Assembly: GCF_036321535.1 (NCBI RefSeq)
Contig: NC_087437.1
Span: 102,054,001-102,118,000 of the forward strand
Length of the DNA: 64,000 nt
Direction: 5' to 3'
Source of the DNA: Camelus dromedarius
Taxonomy: Eukaryota
Of the stretch, positions 40,451-53,740 are shown piece by piece (the first letter of the stretch is position 1; the number at the start of each line of letters is the position of its first letter). Under the pieces are notes generated by a model. It had not been told where the DNA came from, did not search any database, and saw only the letters and a program-made list of their open reading frames with translations. A program made the position numbers and the translations under genes.

Positions 40451-40914
40451 ATCATGTCATTCCCTAGAGCAACCATAAGCATTGTAGTGACATCGCAGAT
40501 GATACTTCTAAGTGCAGTATCACCAACTATGAAGTTTTTACCTAACCTGGTTTAGAATCAGATTATTCTCAACTGTAACATGAAGAGAAAAATATGCCCA
40601 AACCTATTATTTCTTCAGTTGTCTCTATGTGTCAGGCAATGAGGCAGATGTTTTCACAAATATTATCTAACTTAATCAGTAGCTAACAGTAAGCCCAATG
40701 TTAAATGTTTAGAGCAGCTTTGATGCCAAAAATTAAGTCTGTTTATAAGTCATCCAGTGTTCAACAAACAGTTGAAAGTTTACGTCTCCAAATCTGACAC
40801 AGGATTTCTTCTATGAAATCATTTAAAATCTGATAGCAAGGAGTTGGGAAAGGATTTATTGAAAGCAGAATATACACATTAGAGGTATTAAGAAAATTCA
40901 GGTATTTAACAGGC

Positions 40915-41021
40915 ATCCTTATCTCGGACTTTACAGCTTCGAGAAATGTGAAAAATAAGTCTCTGTTGTTTATGCCACCCAGTATATATACCCTTTAGTC
41001 ATGGCTGCCTGACCTAAGACA
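40915..41021 (+). mobile_element. MLT1 LTR 3' fragment
   Basis: 'tctcggactttacagc...tgtgaaaaataagtctctgttgtttatgccacccagt...ctaagaca'. Confidence 0.75.
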
Positions 41022-43569
41022 ATTCCAGATGCCAGTTTTCACGCTTATCCAAAATGTGCCAAATGTCCTATGGACAATAGATGGCATTTGTTTTCTGTTT
41101 TTTGTTTTGAATTTAAAATCAGCTCTCTAGTCATATGAAAACTTCATCTTTTCTTTCTAGTAATTATAAAACAATACTCCTTTTTATATAGTTCAATCCT
41201 AAGTGATTAGTATCCAAGGACAGAGTTAACCACACTCTGTGGTTTAATAGTTTTTTCTTTTATTTGAACCAATATAAATTTAGAACCCTTGATAATTTCA
41301 TTATTAGCTGCAAAATCTTCAACAAGTATGCTATTGACATTTCAGGAATAAAATCTCTCTCTGTGTTACACTGTTCCAAGCTTTTAAGGAAACTTAACTT
41401 CTCTGGATGCCGCTTGCAAAATATGAGCAGTGCACTTTCTGTTCACGGTGACTTGAACAAAAAAATCTCTCTATGTTTCCAACGTGTGTTTCTAAACATC
41501 TCTTAGATGTAAATGGCCTTGGCTTTATCTTCATAATATTGGAGTTACCAGGAAGGTTAACAGTTTAAAAATTCAGTGTAAGCATTCCTGAATATTCTTT
41601 TCCAATCATGAAAGATTACAATTTTACTTTTTCTTGTCATTACAAAATGTAAAGATAATAGCTATTTTATAGAACTTAATTTGTATGGGTGAAAACACAT
41701 TTGATTCTATCAACTATATCATGGATATATTCTAAACAATTTTAATTTCGCTAATGTCATAATTAAACATTAAAGGTAGTATTCTTTAGAAATTAGTATT
41801 TTTAAAGTTATTTTATATTGTAAATAGTTTCTTTTGACAAGATGTGTGTCTGAATAATGTTTTTCTTGCCTCATAAATTTCCTAACATGAGGAATACATC
41901 CTTATGCATTTTAGAGACCTGGAAATGTTGGCAAGCACAAAATTCTAAGTGTGATTTTATGCTGTATGTAGTACACATACAAAAAATCATCTAATTTGTT
42001 CCATAAATAAAAATTCACATAAACTTTCATTATTATTCTGAGACTCTAAAAGTAATAATTTTTTTAAGAGTACAGGTAATACAAGTATCAAGAAATAGAC
42101 TGTTGTGTTCAAAATATATCTTAAGTGGTTTTATAGTATATTCATAAAAATTCATGTAGGGTTTTATTTTTTTTGCATTATGTGCTCTTATTTAAATGTG
42201 TCTCAGGTCCATTCACAGATATAAAAACTGAAAAAAGCAGATTTTTCCTTTTCTTATTTGGACAAATGACAAAATGGGAGGATTTTAAAAAGAAGAACAA
42301 TATGTTTGTGTGATTTTTTTAAATCAAGTGTGGGAATAGCTTACACAGATCTGAATTAATTACAACCCCTGAGGTAGTATCAGGCTAGGGAACAATAGCA
42401 AAGCAATTCAAATGGCTCATAGTCTTTGACAACTCTAATAAAGCATACCAAAAATAAGCTCCACAGAGAGTTAGGTAAGCCTAGGAAAACAGTTTCTGTT
42501 GTATCTTTAATAAAGGAATTGTACCACAGAGCCTTTACTCATTGTGATTAAAATGTAATGTTTTATGTTAAGTATGTGTATGGACAATTTAGAGGAAGAA
42601 TTTAATTAAATGCCTGGAATTTGAGAGAAAGTATATATGCTTGTAAAGCAAAATGGAAACTATAAGGAACAAGGAATAAAATGCTTTCTAGAAATTCTTT
42701 TTAATTTACTGAGTATAAATCAAGCAAATTTTTGGAAACTGTCTATTTGCCACAGGTACAACTAGGTTACAGATACTTTCAGACTAATCCTTAGGTGTTG
42801 ACAAACAGGTTTTCAAAAGCATAATAATCTTGATGGCCATAGCAACTGGGGTCGTTATAAAAGTCAGCAAAAGACCCTGACAGTCCTTGCACTTGCAGTG
42901 TAAGAACGCTTGATGACGTATTTGAGATCATGTAAGTAAAATTCTGTGAATTGAGTGGGAAGATCAGAATGGAGGTAATGAGAGTTTGTGAACTTTTATA
43001 GAGGTTAAACTGTAGTTGGTTATTGCATTTCCTCAAATAACTAGCAGATGAAACATCTATTTCTATAGACGTTATCTTAGCTCTCAGAGACATTACCTTT
43101 CCAAAAGTAAACAGTCTGTTAGACTTTGTAGTGATACAAAGCTATGGTGATAGGACAAATAATAATAGACTTTTATTTCCCGAAGTATTTTGTAAAATTT
43201 TGCCTGAATTATAAACTAATTTATATTAATTTCCTAGTGTTAACACCTAGCCTCAGAATTGAAAATATAAAAGTTGGATTTTTAAAGTAAAATCTAAAAA
43301 GTAAAATTATTCCATTGTTTAAAAATGTTTAAGAAAAAGGACATTTGATTTTATTTTCTTACATGTACATGACAATTTATTATTTAAAATATTCACAGGT
43401 GTGATTTTTAGGAAAATTGCTTTATTTTGTAAAGACAAAATATAGAATAAGTCTTACCAGAAACAGATGTAGGGCCAGTTTTGTTTAGGAGAAGTGAAAT
43501 AATCACACCACACACAAGAGGATTATATATAATTCTTCAGGAAATCTTTTGTGAGAATATCTCAAGATT

Positions 43570-43900
43570 CTTTAATATGTTTGTATTTATAGACCCACCA
43601 TTTCTACTTCTAGGAATCTAGCTGAAAGAAATTAGCTTCTATATGCAAAGTTTTATACAGACAAATGTTCACTGCAGAGTTAACAATAATCATGAAAAAA
43701 AAATTTAAAATGTAATCTAGATTTAAAATATATCTGACTGTTTAAGTAATTATATGAAATCCATTAAAACAAAATCAGGCAGTAGTTGAAATTATATTTA
43801 CAACAACGTAGAATCATTTGCAAAATCACTTACTTTCTTTTGCTAAGTTAAAAAGCAAGGTGTACATTTGCATACAATTTATAACACTAATCCTAATTAC
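43570..43900 (+). mobile_element. L1ME-like 3' fragment
   Basis: 'gacccaccatttctacttctaggaatcta', 'aatgttcactgcag'. Confidence 0.55.
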
Positions 43901-44121
43901 GAAAGTGACCTAGGCTTAGAATAAAAATGGCAGGAAATTTATCAGTTTACAGCATCACCAGTGGTTTATGTGAACAACAATTCCATCACATTCTTTCTAA
44001 TACTTACCTTTTTAAGACTTTTAAATTTTGATAATGTGAAAGTTATAAAATATTCTATTATTAATGTCGACATTTGCATCTATCAGAAGATTTGAAAATA
44101 ATTTTATTTCTTATAAGCTAT

Positions 44122-44522
44122 TTATAATAATTTTCTAGGGCTACCATAATAAAATACCATGGACTGAATGGCTTAACCAACAGAAATTTATTTTCTCATA
44201 GTTCTGGGGACTAAAAGCCTGAGATCAAGGTGTAGACAGGTAAGGTTTCTTCTGAGACCTCCAGGGTTGGTTTTCAGATGGCCACCTTCTACTTAAGTTC
44301 TCATGTGTCTTTCCTCTGTATGCATGTGTCCCTGAGATCTCTTGCTGTATGTTCTAATCTCTTCTTCTTACGGGAACATCGGTCAGATTGGATTAAGGCC
44401 CACCCTAATGGCCTCACTTAACTTAATTATGTCTTTAAAGTCCGCATCTCCAAATATCTTCTGAGGTACTGGGGATTAGGATTTCGACATATGAATTTAA
44501 GTGAAACAGTTCAACTCATACT
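44122..44522 (-). mobile_element. MaLR solo LTR (MLT1B-like)
   Basis: 'ctagggctaccataataaaataccat', 'cagattggattaaggcccaccctaatggcctca', 'ctgaggtactggggattagga'. Confidence 0.9.
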
Positions 44523-44744
44523 ACCATTGATGTTTTACTCTCCTGAGAATCAAGAAATTTTCTATATTTTCTGCTTTTTCTTTGTCTTCTCAATGATTCT
44601 GCCTCAGACAATTTGGTAAAAAAACATTTCATCAATATTTGATTTGCATAGAATTTTCAGTTTTTGATAAGCACATCATTTATCTCTCAGTCCTTTAGAA
44701 CAGTGTTTTCCCCCCAGCAATTTTATCTTCTGCACGATAGATAT

Positions 44745-44970
44745 GGAGCAGTAAATAAGGCATGATTTCTAGAATTAGACTAATTGGGTTTGGGTGAAGT
44801 TTTCCCACTTACTATCTAAGTAACTTTGGGCAAGTTCCTTCTTTTGGCAATTTCTTCTTCTCTAAAAAAGAAAAATAGGACCAACTTCATAAAGATTATC
44901 AGAACTAAATGAAATAATATAGGCAAAGCACTTTATTCCAAACCCACATTAAACACTCAATTCATGTCAG
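44745..44970 (+). mobile_element. MIR
   Basis: 'ccacttacta...ctttgggcaagtt...taaatgaaataatataggcaaagcactt...aacactcaa'. Confidence 0.75.
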
Positions 44971-45013
44971 TGATGATGGTGATAATGGTGGTGGTGGTGA
45001 TGATGATGATGAT
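44971..45013 (+). repeat. (TGA/TGG)n trinucleotide tract at the MIR tail
   Basis: Read directly. Confidence 0.9.
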
Positions 45014-47039
45014 TGTTTTTATTATTATGAGTCCATTCTGAGTAAATGAGGAAGAGGGAATACTGTTTCTGTTTTAGAGATTTAATCGTATTTTTGAAGA
45101 AAAACTCTACCCACCAAGCAATTTTATGCTTTTCAGCATAAGACCAATGTATCTGTGAATGTATATTATTTTTTGCATTTTTACAAACAACCACCAAGCA
45201 TAAGAATTGAGATTTAATTTAACAGAACACTACATTGCATACATTAAATCTTTAGATCACATACAGAACCACAAATATCCAATGAAGTTCCATGTTAAAT
45301 GTAAAATGATAAAGTGTTAGAATTATCCATGCATTAAAGGTTGCCATAGACTGTAATAACACAGTTGTCTTAGAGACTTCTAAATATTGTCTCTCTTGTC
45401 CTGTTGACTTCCTTGTATACCCTGAATGTCTCCTCATGATTCTCATGAGTCTCACCAACTCATGCTTCTCTTCACTATTTCTTCCTAAAGTCAGTCTGCT
45501 TTTCCTGTGGACAACACACAACCAACCACTTTTCTTTACTCTGGTTATTGTTACTGCTAACACGAGTGTGTGCACACACGTATCTTACTAAGATCTTGCT
45601 ACGAAGGAGGATCTTGTCCAACACTTTCAATCAAACAATAACTAGCATTTAAGACTGGGTCCTTTATAAAGCTTCACTATCACTACTTGAAAATCATACA
45701 AATGGAGACAGTGTTACCCCCTTGAAATATGAAATATTAAAGCAAAATAAAAGAAGAAAACATAATATTTATGAAAAATCATATATATTATTTTCAGAAA
45801 GCAGCAAATGAGGGCAATTACATCAGACTTTGCAGTCAAAATTGACATTAAGCATTTTAGCTCCGCAAATTTAGAAAAATGACCTCCCCACTCCCAGGCC
45901 TAGTTCTAGTCTATGAGAATAGAGAAGTGTTGACTGCTTCTCAAGATAATACTCAGCACATAGTTTAAAAAAAAAGGGTTTTTTTTTCTAATATCTAATT
46001 ATTCAGGATGTCAGTGAATCCAAAATAGTTCTCTAGATCTGTGAATTTAGAACTTATTCACAGTCTATGAAAAGATTTGTTTCCAGCCACGTGACTTTGC
46101 AAGCCCGCAAAATGTTTCCTGAGCTCTGCTGCAGGCACTCTTCATGCCTCTGTGCTCAGGAGCTGGGCAGCAAATATACCCACTAAAATCATCCTTCTCA
46201 GCTGTTAACTCCCTGTGGCATGATCAGCCTATGCTGGTGGCCCAGGGTATGGTCAGGGTCAGTCATCTTCACTGCAGCAGGACTTCTCTTTTAACTCTTA
46301 ACTGAATTTGCAAAACGGAATAAAGGGGAAAGATTAACAAAATATGTCCCCCAGCCACTTTAAATAAACTCCAAAAATGGCTATTTGCCACAAATCTTCT
46401 AATTAGAGAAAACAATTTAAATTTAAAACTTTATCCTCTCACATTGGGATGGAATTGGACAACTGATGTCCCAATAGCCTGATTTTTGTAATAGCTCTAG
46501 AAAAAAGTTTGTATTTTGGGTGGAATAAAATTTATGTTTGGGACTCAGCAGAACAGCAACTGTCTTATCAGCCAAACAGAGGTGAACCAGTTTTATGAGA
46601 TTCCTGCCCTCAAAGAGCTCAAGAATTTAATACGTGAAAAAACTTAATATCAAAAAGGAAAAAGAAATTGTCTAAAGAGGAGGTACTATCCTACGTCCAG
46701 ATTTTATAGGGATGAAAGGAGAATACAGATTGGGAAGAGGTAACTGAACTTGGCTATCAGAAACTTATAGTAGAATGGAGAAAAATTACAGAACTCTATA
46801 GTCTGTGACTAAAGTGAGATATTCGATTGTTTCACATGAAAATATCATATTTTTATTCAACAAATTTAATGAAATATCAAGTTGACAATATTTTTATCCT
46901 TTATAATAAAAGTAAATGTTTTATGTTTTGCTAAGACAAATGCAGGAAGTATTACTCAGGCATGCAAAATATTTTCCATTCCCCTCTCCACATAACCCTC
47001 CTGACCTCCAAAAATTGCATGCTGGATTTTTGTGCCCTC

Positions 47040-47058
47040 TGGCCACTAGGTGGCTGTG
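47040..47058 (+). promoter_or_regulatory. CTCF core motif
   Basis: TGGCCACTAGGTGGCTGTG closely matches the core CCASYAGRKGGC. Confidence 0.5.
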
Positions 47059-47087
47059 CCCAATGAGAAGTACTCATGATTAGAGGT

Positions 47088-47465
47088 TGTTATGGATTGA
47101 ATTGTGTCCCCACAAAATTCGTATGTTGAAAATTCATTCCCAGTGCCTCAGAACACGACTGTATTTGAAGACAGGGCATTCAAAAGGGTAAATAAGTAAA
47201 AATGAGGCCCTTGGAGTTGGACCTAATGCATTCTGACTTGCATTTTTATAAGAAAAGGAAATTAGAATGTGCAGGGACAGACAGCAGGGATGTACATGCA
47301 CAGACCATAAGGCCATGTAAAGCCAAGGAGAAATCTCAGAAGAAACCAAACCTGCCAACCCCTTGATCTCAGACTTGTAGCCTCCAGATCTGTGAGAAAA
47401 TAAAATTCTGCTGTTAAGCCACCCAAGTCTGAAGTATTTTATTATGGCAGCCCTAGCAGAATACA
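47088..47465 (+). mobile_element. MaLR solo LTR (MLT1B-like), full length
   Basis: 'tgttatggattgaattgtgtcccc...aattcgtatgttgaa' to 'tatggcagccctagcagaataca'; TG...CA. Confidence 0.92.
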
Positions 47466-48489
47466 GAAGGCTAAAGATTTTTTTTCTTCCTACTCCCCTT
47501 GATTCTCCCTCCTTGATGACCAGTCTGATGGTGGCTGAAAACCAAGGGTGCAGCTTCTTTTGGGCAGCCCTCACACAGACACAGTTTTTTCTGGACCATT
47601 TTCCTTTAGGTTCATGAAAGGTAATATTGTCTACTAACTTCTGTTGGTTTCTCTGAACTCTGTCTAAGCCTTTAAATTGTCTCTACCTCAAACTCTCTCC
47701 ATTTTTGAAACATGTTCTGTTTTTTGCCATAGCCCTGAAAAATACAACAGGCAATAAAGATGCACATTAATGAAAGAAATAAATTGTATGTTCTCACAGG
47801 ATAGTGGTATGTTAAGACCTGATGTGGATTCATTATACATTACATATTACATGGTTAATACATCATTTATGTGTTATTTATTATATGTAATATGCTGCAG
47901 TTTGTGTATTACAAGTAATATATTTTATATCACATTTGTTGGAAAATGTGCTTACATTTTTATATTATGTTAGATGACCAGGGTTTATAAAAAACTGCTT
48001 TTTTGTTCTGCATGGCAGAGCAATATTTTCACGTATTGAGGGAGATATTCAGTTAAATGAATAAATTTCCATATTCTATGAGTTGTCTAATAAAGTTTAT
48101 TTATATGATATGAATTTTCAAAAAACATTGCAAATAATGGACCAGACCACATGGAATGATAGTCTCCTTAATCATCTCTGATAGGTTCAAGAAAATATAT
48201 AATTTGGGCTATTATACAGATTTGTCTTAGTATTAAAAGAGAAGTAGTTTTCTCTTACAACTTTCTACCTTTGAATGGAGGTGGGACTCTTAGTGATTTT
48301 CTTTCATTCCATTTGAAGCCCAGCTTGTAGAAGTATGTTCCAAATTGTGTCTTTAAACATGAACCCACCCTTGGTCCTCCTCTTTGGGAGACTGTATCTC
48401 CATTTATTCTGTTTAATCCTTCTGAGTAATTTGGGTGGGTAGAGGGAAAATGTGTTTTTGGTTTCCGTAGGATCACTGTGATTACTTAC

Positions 48490-49300
48490 TTAACTACACT
48501 TTTATGGACCACCTACCATATGCTAAGTACTGTGCTAAGTTCTGGGGAAAATGTAGGGAGCAGAAAATCATACAAGTCCTTTGTCTCGTGTAAAGAATAG
48601 CCATCAAGCCAATTATCACTTGAATCATATAAAATTACACTCGGGTAGATGTTGGTGAGGGAGGAAGCAAATATGCTCTGTTCCAGATACTAAGGCTGAA
48701 GACTACAGGTTGGAAGAGAGTCTTCTCCGATGGGAATAATTGGGGTTGGGGACGTACAGAAGTCTTGGCTGATGGCATTTGAAATGTGGACGTTGCACCC
48801 AGTTAGGCATTGCTGAGTCCTGTGTTTGAGTAGAGAGGTGAAAGGAGAGGGCCCTGACAGCCTTTCACATTCACAAGAAACTGAAGCACTGGTTTAGTTA
48901 CTAGTACCGATACCTATGCTGGCACCAAGAAGATTGGTGACAGCAGGGGAGAAAGCTGGACTCACTTGGGTCTCTGATTTGGGGATTAAGGAACCCCAGT
49001 ATGAGAGTAGAAGTTGAAGCAGGGCTGGACTGAGGCTGATGGGACAGAGCCCTCAGCGTCTGCTTTTCCACTTTCACTTTAGGGCTACTTGTCATTTCCG
49101 GAGTCCTGTGCGTAAGACAGGATGATAGAAGGGAAAATGCCATAGTGACTTGCGTGAGAAGAGGAAATATGGGTGGTTTAAGTGTTTACAACTTTGAGCC
49201 TCAAATGGACTAGGAACCGAGACAGGCCTGAACTTGGCAGATAAAGAAGCCTGTGCACACAGAGGGGGAGTGGCACAGATAGAGGCTGGAAAAACGACAG
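48490..49300 (-). mobile_element. L2 3' region (degraded)
   Basis: 'cacctaccatatgctaagtactgtgctaagttctgggga' at the left end, purine-rich antisense L2-like sequence afterwards. Confidence 0.55.
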
Positions 49301-51659
49301 GAGGTCCTGATATGTGATAAGATACTGTGGAACACAGAAATCATCCTCTGAAGGTCATTCTCAATCTCCAGCAATCATCATTCAGCTGAGAACTATCCCT
49401 TATTCGAAAGATTCATAAAATTCATGGCAATGGCCTTCAATCTCCTAGGAATATTTAAACTTTTAGCAATATTTTGAAAATGCTGTGTTTATACTCATTT
49501 AGTTTGACCAATTGTGTTTAGTAGTCAAAACAAACAAACAAAAAGCATTATGTGATTTCTGAGCGGTGCTGCCTGGTACCCTGCTGATGGTATCTTTAAT
49601 AATAGATCGTACTTGTTTTTAGATACAAATTTATGGACATAGTTTGAACGTTGATACCGCTTACTTTGACTTTATATTGCTGCAGGTTTACAAATCCTAG
49701 AAACAAATCATCTCTGGAAAATACAGGAAACCACATTTTGTGTTATGTCACTGTTGGGCATGATGCTGAATAAAGAATGACAGCAATGCATTTGGGAGGT
49801 TGCTTTCAGCTATCAACTCATCATCTTATCGACTGTCCACGAACAGTCATTTGTTGTTTTCCTCAGGGTGTCTTAATAATTTCTAGTGGCTCAGAAACCA
49901 TATAAATTAGGTTTCAAAATAATTAAACATGGACTGTGCAAAGTTTGCCTTCCTGCTGTCAGGTATCCCATTCTAAACTGTAACAGCTCAAATCTTGTCC
50001 CCAAAGTATGAATCTACCTATAAATAGTATATGAAAAAAGTAATAAATAATAAATACCATCTTACAGTATCTCACGTTAATGCCGACTTCAGTTTATTCC
50101 GTGAAATTTGTAATTTATGTTTCAGTAAAAATCACTCTTTCCCAGGTTATTTTCTAAAAGTCGATCTGTCAAATCCTGTATGGGTTAGAGCTCAGCCAGG
50201 CTCCATAAAATGAAAACAAAGTTAAACAACTTCACAAGAGACAGAAATGGCCTTTTAAGATTCACAGGAGTGTGTCTCCCTGTCTAATCTGAGCAGCCAT
50301 CATGGCGAGATTGATGTGCTTTGGCTGAGAAGTGTTTCATGAGGCGGCTGTCTGCTCAGTGGTACCAGAATGGAGCTATCTGTCTTCATTGTACACCATT
50401 AACATGCCCCTCAGATCTATCAGGCAAATGTCTACATGCCTACTTTATAAATTATTACCAGCGACAGTTAAATATTTCAGAACTTGTTTGGGAATATCAC
50501 TCACCTTATAGCCTTTAATTTACACACACTCAGGATCTTAAGCATTTTTAAGTTCAAGGATTACTTGGAACTATTTTATATTCCTGCTTTAGATGAGTTT
50601 CTTCTGTTGATAGTAATCCATTAAGTTTGCATTTATTGAGGTAAATCAAAAAAGAGAATGCAAATTATTCAGTAACAAGGGCACATATCCTTTGAGAATT
50701 TAGTTGGCAGAAGTTCATATCAATATGACCAGAAGAATGAAACCTTATTTGTATCCTTTCAATGCAAAGTAATTCTGAACTGAAAAAAATGCATTCATAT
50801 TAACTGCTTATTTAGAATTTTTCTTTTGTAATTAACTTTATTTAGCGCACTTACATTTTACTTACACATTGACATACAACGGTTCTATTTGTAGTAATGA
50901 TGCTTTAAAGTCCAGAGTTTTACTTTAATAATTTTAGCGTGTTAATTGATAAGATCTCAAACTGTTAAGTGTTATTCACATAACAATTATTCTAATGCCT
51001 TCCTGAACTATAAAACTAACTACACATTGGATCGATTTAGGTGTGGAGATGTAGGCAGGGAACAATTATTTTCAATATAATTAAAAGAAATTATAACTGA
51101 ATAAAGTTAAATGAGTTTTAGATTTAAAATATTAGTATTTACTAACCTAAAACTTCCATTCTTGATCTTACATTTCTTTGATGAGTACAGGTGACTTTCA
51201 TTAATCTTTTTTTTAGCTGGATTACCATATATAACTGAAATGGACATATTAAAAGTGGATAGATATTTTTCATGGATTACAGAATAGTACTTGAAAGGAA
51301 ATGAAATCATTAAAGTATCACCAACAAATAATTAACTTTACTTTTCACACTGGAAGGGCAGAACTGGAATAAAATTTCCTCAGAATGCTGTGAGCAACAG
51401 GCTTTATATAATTTATTTTGTTATGACTCAACAGTTTTTATAGTGAATATTGTTTCATGTATTAGTTGGAAAAGCAAGTTCAAGGAGGCTAAGTCAAATT
51501 CCAAAAATACCAAAGAGTGAGAGGAATAAATGGGAATCTCACCCACTTCTCCCTGATTCCAGTGACACTGATGTTTGTGTTTTATGTTTGTTGAGTCAAG
51601 GGCAGAGTAAAAGAAATGCTAGGAGGCATGCTGAATGAAGATTCTTTATTTTCACTTTG

Positions 51660-52632
51660 CCTCTTTAGAACTTTATTGAAATATATTTGACATACAAAAA
51701 ACCGCAAATATTTAAAGTCTACAACAGATAGATTTTGATATGTGTATATACAGAGTAACCAATGAAGATAACGAGAATATTGCATATCTGTCAACAAAAA
51801 AGTTTCTTCATGCACTTTATAATTCTCCTTTTTGCCTCTTTTTTCCTCCTCCCCTAATCCTATGATACCCCAAAAGGTAAAGACCCCGATTCTTGTCTTA
51901 CCTGAAAGATAAGTTTATAGTCAGGAGATAGTGTGTTATGTAGCAAAAGATTTTAAAAGATTTATTTATAAAGAAAGGAAAAGTACACCCAAGAATGGGA
52001 GATGGGCTGATCTAAGGAAGGAAAAGTGGTGGTTTTATCTCCCATTTCTCTTATACCCTCACTTAGGGGTGGTCTCTTGATTGACTGATGGCTCTTGTCC
52101 CCGGAGTGCTTAGTCATGTTTGGCCCCTTTGCGCATGTCCTTACCCATGGTGTACAAAGAAAAAAACCCATGGAGGGGCCTAAACTGCAATGTTAATAAT
52201 ACAGTGAGCAGTGGGTCATGGCAGGTTAGGTCCTTGTCACTACCACGCAGTCGTGGCTGTTGGGTTCTAACAGTTTCTTGCTGGCACTCATTTAGAAGAA
52301 GCAAAGCCTCTTTATGCTGGAGTTGGGCATAACACAACACCGTCTTCCGGACCATCCTCCATCTCCTCCACCTATCTGCCCGGTGCCCCCACTTATCTAA
52401 CTATCTAACACTTAGGCAACCGGTGATCCACTTTCTGTCACTATGGTTAGTATGTTGTTTCTAAAATTTCATACAAATAGACTGTTACAGCAGGCATCTT
52501 TTTTTCACTCAACCTAGTTATTTTGAGATTCATTCATGTAGTTGCATCTATCAGTAGTTTGTTGCTTTAACTCGCTGGGTAGTATTCAGTTTTATGGTTA
52601 TACCACAATCTCATTATTCACTCACTTAATGG
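51660..52632 (-). mobile_element. L1MC/MD 3' end split by a solo LTR
   Basis: 'actttattgaaatatatttgacatacaa' at the start; resumes 'ggcaaccggtgatccactttctgtcactat...ttttgagattcattcatgtagttgca'. Confidence 0.85.
51863..52410 (-). mobile_element. ERV1-type solo LTR (548 bp)
   Basis: TG...CA; TSD ccta (51859-51862) / ctta (52411-52414); minus-strand TATAA (52051-52055) and AATAAA (51961-51966). Confidence 0.85.
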
Positions 52633-52820
52633 AACAAACAAACATATAGTTACTGGGGGGAAAAGGGGTGCAGAGGGATAAATTGGGATTTTGGGATTTG
52701 TAGATAATAACTGTTATATATGAAATAGATAAACAAGTTCCTACTGTATAGTGAAGGGAACTATATTCAGTAACTTGTGATGACCTATAATGAAAAAGAA
52801 TATGAAAATAAATATATATG

Positions 52821-52879
<59 letters not shown>

Positions 52880-52948
52880 GAATCACTGTGCTGTACACCA
52901 GCAATTAACACATTATAATTTGACTATATTTTAATAAATTTTTTTAAA
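52633..52948 (+). mobile_element. Young 5'-truncated L1 3' end with an internal (TA)n expansion
   Basis: Same family as 5299-5544 ('atagataaacaag...ctgtatag...ggaactatattca...cctataatgaaaaagaatatgaaa'). Confidence 0.9.
52825..52876. repeat. (TA)n microsatellite, about 25 units
   Basis: Read directly. Confidence 0.97.
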
Positions 52949-53569
52949 TGTGAAACTTTTTAAAAATAGCACAATAGATTTTAAAGGTAGAAATATATAA
53001 CATTTTCTGGAAAAAAACTGGGAATATTTTGTAAGCTGAGCACATAATTTGTAGCAGTGGTATTTCTTCTTGGTTCAGCAATTGATTATGAGAGAAGAAA
53101 GAATTTCCAAATGATTTATGTTCAGTACAGTATTTCCTCCCATCCATATATACTAGAATAGATAGCTTTAAATATTTTAATCTAGTCTCAGAGGAAAATT
53201 ACACTTATTCAAAGTCAAAACTTCAGTTTTAAGAATAATAAATAATTCTTGAAAATAGTTAAGATATTTTATAGGTAGAAATATGCTATATTTATTTACT
53301 ACTCATTTATTTTGCAAATATTTACAGCATTCCTGTTACATTCCTGCATGTTTACTACCATATGGTACCTTACACATGGTATCTTCTTAATAAAAAAAAT
53401 TAATAACTTCTATTTGGAAAACTGGACAAATACACACTTAGGCATCTAGCAATTTCAAACAGTGAGGTGCTACTAAATTATCTTCAACTATTTCTCATTT
53501 GTTCTTTGTCAAGTGACCTACAATATTACAGTTAAACATTTTTCCCGGCGAGGCTCTCTTAGTGTATTT

Positions 53570-53740
53570 TAATTCTTTTAACAGTGTTTTTCAAAGAGCA
53601 GAGTTGCTTAATTTCAATAAAGTTCAGTTTAAAAAAAAAAGCATTTCTATACATTTTCTATTATATATTATGCTAGACAATTTATAGCTTTAACTTTTAC
53701 ATTTAGGTCTATGATCACTTTCCAGATGATGTGAGGATTT
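53570..53740 (-). mobile_element. L1 ORF2 fragment
   Basis: 'aagagcagagttgcttaatttcaataaagttcagttta', 'ttttacatttaggtctatgatca'. Confidence 0.6.

Larger units (their letters stand above)
46940..47746 (+). mobile_element. LTR33-like ERVL LTR interrupted by MLT1B
   Basis: 'tgccctctggc...gcccaatgaga' upstream; 'ctgttggtttctctgaactctg...caaactctct...ctgttttttgccatagccctgaaaaataca' downstream. Confidence 0.65.

Noticed and set aside
42791..43093. 100-aa minus-strand ORF and an overlapping plus-strand exon-like segment ending at gtaagt (~42932)
   Set aside because: No recognisable homology; the plus-strand segment has stops in all three frames and no partner exon was found
44967..45197. ORF ending in poly-His
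   Set aside because: The His run is the (TGA/TGG)n tract at a MIR tail
47134..47574. 146-aa minus-strand ORF
   Set aside because: Antisense read-through of the MLT1B and LTR33-like LTRs
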